Shown here one piece after another: positions 59,433 to 64,000 of a stretch of 64,000 bases of DNA. A model generated the notes under the pieces. The model saw only the letters and a list, made by a program, of their open reading frames with translations. It did not search any database and had not been told where the DNA came from. This DNA is from an uncultured Pseudobdellovibrionaceae bacterium (lineage in GTDB: Bacteria > Bdellovibrionota > Bdellovibrionia > Bdellovibrionales > UBA1609), in the NCBI GenBank assembly GCA_963803705.1, contig CAWDNU010000004.1:922403-986402 (forward strand), in the 5' to 3' direction. Each line of letters begins with the position of its first letter. Positions within the stretch are counted from its first letter, which is position 1. The position numbers were made by a program, and so were the translations under genes.

Positions 59433-61142
59433 ATGTTCACAAAATTAATTTTCCTGGAGAAAAACGCTATGGCTTTCAATTACAAAATTGCTAATAAAAT
59501 ATTAACTGCATTCATGGTGTTGTTAGTGCCATCTGTTTTATTTGCTCTACCTTACCAAGGGCAAACGGTTCTGATAGCTGCCCCCTCGCCGATTGCAGCT
59601 GAAGTTGGAGAAGAAATTTATAAAAGCGGTGGTAATGTTTTCGACGCAGCGGTTGCGGTGGCGCTAACCCTTTCTGTCACATCACCCTACTTTGCCTCAC
59701 TTGGCGGTGGCGGTTTTGCCATGATTAAAAAAACCGGTGAAAAGGTTACAGCATTGGACTTCAGGGAAACAGCCCCAGACAACACAAACGAGGCTTATTT
59801 TCAAAAGCTAAAAAGTGATAGCTCTTGGACTGGTGGACCGGCAGTCGGCGTGCCAGGGATACCAGCAGGCCTTTACGAAATCCACAAAAGGTACGGAAAA
59901 TTAAAATGGGAAAGACTGTTTAAGACTCCACTGAAAATTGCCCGTAGCGGATTTCAAGTTTCCGGTGAGTGGTTTAATTACACCCGTCGCGAAAGTCGAA
60001 GATTCAATATTTCTGGAAAAAAGTTTTTCTTAAAAAAAGACGGGCAATTTTACAAACCCGGAGACACCCTGGCGCAACCACAATTAGTTCCAGCTTTGAC
60101 TATGTTTAGGGATCGAAAGCTTAAGGGCTTTTACGAAGGATCAGTGGCAAAAGATATTGTACAAAGTGTAGTAAAAGCTGGTGGGGTCATTTCAACTGAT
60201 GATCTAAAAAACTATAAGGTTATATGGAGAACTCCATTGACTAAGACTATAGGAGACCAAACTGTTCACCTTATGCCCCCACCATCGAGTGGAGGTGTGA
60301 TTATCAAAACAGCTCTTGAATTGGTAGAAAGGAAAAATTTAAGAAAGCATCAATTTTTGAGCGCCAATGAAACCCACTTGCTTGGTGAAGTTCTGGAAAA
60401 ATCTTTTCGAAGCAGATCAATGCTCGGTGATCCAGAATTTAGTAAATTGCCCACAAATTTTTTATTATCTGATAAATATTTTAAAAAACTAGCGCAGTCG
60501 ATTCGCCTATCATCTTCAAAAAAGATCAAACCTTTATCTGGAAAAGATATACCAAAAGAAAGTACAGAGACTACTCACTTTGTAGTTATGGATAGTAAAG
60601 GCGAAGCTGTTTCAATGACTATAACTTTAAATGGAAACTACGGCTCGGGCGTGGTTTCCGACAGATATGGGATAGCACTTAACAATGAGATGGATGATTT
60701 TACCACAAAACCTAAAGAACCAAATAAGTATGGGCTTATACAGGGTGCAGCTAACTTAGTTAAATCTGGGAAAAGGCCGTTAAGCTCCATGTCCCCGACA
60801 ATTGTCACAGAAGGAGACAAAGCAGTTTTCGCTGTTGGTGCTCCAGGAGGTCCGCGGATCATAAGCGGGGTATTTCAAGCGCTATACCGAGTAATGTTCA
60901 ATAAGTTTAATATTGAAGATGCTATAATGGCGCCAAGGGTTCATCACCAATTTATGCCAGACAAGTTGTATATCGAAAAAAACAGGTTCTCACCAAATGT
61001 GATTCAGGCCCTACGCAAAAAAGGTCAACAGATAAAATATATTAATAACGTAGCAAAAGTCTGTGGAGTCAGAGTGAACAAAGACGGGCTACTTGAAGGC
61101 TACACTGACTACCGCGGCGAAGCCGCAGTTAGCGGATTCTAA
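59433..61142 (+). CDS. ggt: Gamma-glutamyltransferase
   Basis: GGNVFDAA, LGGGGF, DFRETAP, ETTHF, NNEMDDF, RPLSSMSP; start may be 59469. Confidence 0.96.
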   Translation: MFTKLIFLEKNAMAFNYKIANKILTAFMVLLVPSVLFALPYQGQTVLIAAPSPIAAEVGEEIYKSGGNVFDAAVAVALTLSVTSPYFASLGGGGFAMIKKTGEKVTALDFRETAPDNTNEAYFQKLKSDSSWTGGPAVGVPGIPAGLYEIHKRYGKLKWERLFKTPLKIARSGFQVSGEWFNYTRRESRRFNISGKKFFLKKDGQFYKPGDTLAQPQLVPALTMFRDRKLKGFYEGSVAKDIVQSVVKAGGVISTDDLKNYKVIWRTPLTKTIGDQTVHLMPPPSSGGVIIKTALELVERKNLRKHQFLSANETHLLGEVLEKSFRSRSMLGDPEFSKLPTNFLLSDKYFKKLAQSIRLSSSKKIKPLSGKDIPKESTETTHFVVMDSKGEAVSMTITLNGNYGSGVVSDRYGIALNNEMDDFTTKPKEPNKYGLIQGAANLVKSGKRPLSSMSPTIVTEGDKAVFAVGAPGGPRIISGVFQALYRVMFNKFNIEDAIMAPRVHHQFMPDKLYIEKNRFSPNVIQALRKKGQQIKYINNVAKVCGVRVNKDGLLEGYTDYRGEAAVSGF

Positions 61143-61151
61143 AACCCAAGT

Positions 61152-61180
61152 TTCAGGCCAAAGCTTAGCTTTGGCCTGAA
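61152..61180. terminator. Perfect 13-bp hairpin between convergent genes
   Basis: TTCAGGCCAAAGC-TTA-GCTTTGGCCTGAA; no long U-tract. Confidence 0.55.
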
Positions 61181-61206
61181 CTAGACAGGACAACATTTAG
61201 TCCTAT

Positions 61207-61665
61207 TTAATTAGCTTCCTCGTGATTCGATGAAAGTAAGCAGTGTTTTTCATCTGCTATATTGTTGGTGCCTATTGGGTCATAGCAATTTATCTTTATG
61301 AACTTAGCCATCAAGCCAGATTTTAGAGCGTCAAAATAATCACCTTGTTCGATAATGACTTCGAATACTTTTGGATCTCTTAATCTAAATCCGGACTCGA
61401 TCATGTCTTTATCAAAAATACTAGAACCGATTGGGTTTATCATACAAAATTCGCCTTCAGAATCGGACTTGTAGCAAGCTAAAATACCGAAGCTTTCCTG
61501 CCAACCCATGTTTAGAAAGTACTCAGTGCTTGGACTAGTAGCAAGGGCCTCTATTAGCGCGCCCACCGTAGCTGTGCCATCAACTTTTAAATCTTGTTTT
61601 GCTAGAGCAAAATCTGAAATTTGAAACATCAGAACGAATGATAAAATTATTGCTTTTAAACCCAT
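61207..61665 (-). CDS. Hypothetical exported protein
   Basis: AGGAG SD; signal peptide ...SDFALA; four Cys. Confidence 0.7.
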   Translation of the reverse strand: MGLKAIILSFVLMFQISDFALAKQDLKVDGTATVGALIEALATSPSTEYFLNMGWQESFGILACYKSDSEGEFCMINPIGSSIFDKDMIESGFRLRDPKVFEVIIEQGDYFDALKSGLMAKFIKINCYDPIGTNNIADEKHCLLSSNHEEAN

Positions 61666-61795
61666 CGGTTTTCTCCTATGTGTTGGTTATCAACTAAGTT
61701 ACTTATAAGATAACTACCTTCAGACTTTCTATAAGTAAATAAATGTTGTCAGATCCCCCATACACAAGGCAATTAGTGCATTATGTTAGCTGAAT

Positions 61796-62809
61796 TTATA
61801 GACTTTTTAGGACATCACTTAAAGCTGGAAGCCTAAACTGATTTATACTTCTATGCGTTCCAGGATGTTCAGAGTAAGTAACATTTGCTCCTGCGGATTT
61901 TAAAATCTGATAAATTTGTTTAGATCCGTACTGTAAACTGTGCTCGTCTTTATCACCTGCGTAAATGCATACAGATTTAAGCTGAATGGCTGTCTCTGTT
62001 CGCTGCTTTAAAAAATTCACCGGATCATGTTGCACCCATTCTTGCCAGATGCTTTCGATTATTTTTCCATCTTTATCGATAGGAATTTTAAAGTTATTGT
62101 TTGAATCCTTAGTGGCGTAACACAAGGTCATAGCGACAATGTTCTTTAGGCCAAATAGTATGTGGTCAGAGTATTTCATGTTTTCATGAGTGAAATTTAA
62201 GATAAATTTATCAAAACCACCATGCTCATTTAAGTATGGTAAATATTTATAAATTTCCGGTAAAAGACTTATTTCAAACAAACTGTCTGGAGCTATAGCG
62301 ATCACGTGGTTAAAAAGCCTGGGATATTTCGACCCTAAATGAAGCGCCCCATACCCACCACTAGATCCTCCCATAACTATCCAGTTTTCGTTTTCCTGGA
62401 TTTCTGGAAAAGATAATTTAACTTCTGATGCTAGATCATGAACAAGGTAGTCTTCATAGTTTCCCATACCCTTAGAGTTAATGAATTGGCTTCCGCCCCA
62501 TTTAGTCCATGCACTAACAAAAATGTATGTCGCACTAGGTATTATTTCTTCCGATGTCCAATGATCAATATCCTGAACAGTATTATTTTCAAAACGGTTA
62601 AAGGATGTGTTTTTCCAGCCATCGCTTGCGAAACCAGAAAGATAAAAAACTACTGGCGTATCAGCGCTAATATATTTAGGTACTAAAATCGGGACCGCTC
62701 GATATACTGGATCGTTTAAGGGATTGTTTTCTAAACTTTTGCTTTTGAAACTTAGAGTTTTCAAATCATAACAGTTAAGATTAAAAGGAAATAGACCATC
62801 AATTTTCAT
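61796..62809 (-). CDS. Putative esterase (enterochelin esterase-like alpha/beta hydrolase)
   Basis: GGSQFINS, GGSSGGYGA, AGDKDE, GTH. Confidence 0.8.
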   Translation of the reverse strand: MKIDGLFPFNLNCYDLKTLSFKSKSLENNPLNDPVYRAVPILVPKYISADTPVVFYLSGFASDGWKNTSFNRFENNTVQDIDHWTSEEIIPSATYIFVSAWTKWGGSQFINSKGMGNYEDYLVHDLASEVKLSFPEIQENENWIVMGGSSGGYGALHLGSKYPRLFNHVIAIAPDSLFEISLLPEIYKYLPYLNEHGGFDKFILNFTHENMKYSDHILFGLKNIVAMTLCYATKDSNNNFKIPIDKDGKIIESIWQEWVQHDPVNFLKQRTETAIQLKSVCIYAGDKDEHSLQYGSKQIYQILKSAGANVTYSEHPGTHRSINQFRLPALSDVLKSL

Positions 62810-62816
62810 ATACTAG

Positions 62817-63839
62817 TTAAGCACCTTTTTTAAAGGCGTCGATCTTGTGAGACGAGAACTCTTCAGTGTCCAAGCCTTCACTCATACTGGTCAAATCATA
62901 GTTAGAAACTTGATTTCGACCACCATTTTTAGAGTCATAGAGCGCTTTATCTGCAAACTTCACTAAGGTTCTAGCATCTAAGATTTGATTTACAGGTTTA
63001 GCGATGGCAAAACCTAAACTTGCAGTTAGTTTCATTTTGGATTCACCATTATCAAATTCGTAGTCTTCTATATTTTTTCGTAGGCGTTCACAAAATATAC
63101 CCACACCCTCGATATCAGTCTCTGTAAGAATAATTATAAATTCGTCTCCACCATATCTAGCACCGATATCAGTGTCGCGAATAGAGCGCTTTATAATTCC
63201 GCCAACTTCTTTTAAAACAAAGCTTCCGAACAAGTGATCGTTAGTATCATTCACAGACTTAAACTTATCCATGTCCATCATGACTACAGCTATGTATCGC
63301 GAGTACCTTTGAGATCTCTTTATCTCATAATCCAATTTAGAGTAAATATTTCTCATGTTGTAAAGACCCGTCAGATCATCTATCTCCACTAAGGCTTGAA
63401 GTTTGCCATTTGCAATTTTTAACTGATCTGTTAAATCCTTAATCCTGAGTTGTGCTCTGACCCTGGCTAATAATTCATTTGGGCTAAATGGTTTGCACAT
63501 ATAATCGTCAGCCCCAGCATCTAGGCCTATGATAACTTGCTCTGTTTTAGACTCTGCCGTCAGGAATATAATCGCAGTAAAAAAATCAGAGCTCTTTATT
63601 TTTTTCAGAGTTTCAAAACCGCTTAGTCCTGGCATATTCACATCCAAGATAACCAAATCCGGGTGCCAGCTTTGAAGAGAATCTATAGCATCTTGCCCAG
63701 ATTTTGCCTGCCTAACCTGATACCCCTGTACTTCGAGGGTGGCAGTTACAAATGTCAAAAGATCTGTGTCGTCATCTACAACAAGGATCTTTTTGTTTGT
63801 TAAATCTACAGGCAATCTCATATACGTTTTATCGGTCAC
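62817..63839 (-). CDS. Response-regulator diguanylate cyclase (REC-GGDEF)
   Basis: LVVDDD, LDVNMP, KPF; DDLTGLYN, RDTD I-site, RYGGDEF. Confidence 0.93.
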   Translation of the reverse strand: MTDKTYMRLPVDLTNKKILVVDDDTDLLTFVTATLEVQGYQVRQAKSGQDAIDSLQSWHPDLVILDVNMPGLSGFETLKKIKSSDFFTAIIFLTAESKTEQVIIGLDAGADDYMCKPFSPNELLARVRAQLRIKDLTDQLKIANGKLQALVEIDDLTGLYNMRNIYSKLDYEIKRSQRYSRYIAVVMMDMDKFKSVNDTNDHLFGSFVLKEVGGIIKRSIRDTDIGARYGGDEFIIILTETDIEGVGIFCERLRKNIEDYEFDNGESKMKLTASLGFAIAKPVNQILDARTLVKFADKALYDSKNGGRNQVSNYDLTSMSEGLDTEEFSSHKIDAFKKGA

Positions 63840-63894
63840 TACTTTTCAAAAGTGGATGGGTTTTCCAGTAAACTAGACAGAGGACTGAGGTGTC

Positions 63895-64000
63895 TTAGGG
63901 CTTTAAATGCTCATCATACAGACTTTTGGTTATTAAAATTATTGATTCTTGGCCCTGTCTTGATACATATGGATGCTCTAGCATCTTAAGTATCTTTTTG
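63895..64000 (-). CDS. Possible 3' end of a gene entering from beyond the window
   Basis: Open frame KKILKMLEHPYVSRQGQESIILITKSLYDEHLKP* ending at 63895. Confidence 0.35.
   Translation of the reverse strand, partial: KKILKMLEHPYVSRQGQESIILITKSLYDEHLKP

Noticed and set aside
411..62686. Short antisense or alternate-frame ORFs in the track (e.g. 7609-7809, 8549-8818, 57238-57696, 56723-57031)
   Set aside because: They lie within well-supported genes and have no motifs; treated as shadow ORFs.

Overview
AT-rich bacterial chromosomal window. The gene set and the many signal-peptide orphan proteins suggest a Bdellovibrionota-like predator; this is an inference and no phylogeny was run. It is mostly housekeeping: recA-cinA-pgpA/recX-alaS, mutY, DEAD helicase, pcnB, tatA, a frameshifted transketolase, add, asd, truA-rplM-rpsI, aceE, trxB, trmB, ggt and a REC-GGDEF cyclase. 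No rRNA, tRNA or CRISPR array was seen. Four things stand out. (1) Three dispersed copies of an unexplained intergenic fold-back element (24117-24433, 33701-33953, 37806-38098). Each has a 125-nt loop with two conserved, mutually complementary boxes around a variable 69-71-nt centre, enclosed by 64-96-bp copy-specific inverted arms; one arm mirrors the 3' end of the neighbouring gene. (2) A translationally coupled pair of signal-peptide proteins: a HAD phosphatase and a large protein whose C-terminal half resembles the phage T5 A1 metallophosphoesterase family, a candidate secreted prey-DNA degradation module. (3) A shared terminal C-x-x-[YFL]-[LMY] tag on six otherwise unrelated exported proteins. 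(4) An ATP-grasp + cysteine dioxygenase + CSAD-like decarboxylase + glutathione peroxidase operon. Family assignments come from motif recognition by eye, not database searches.
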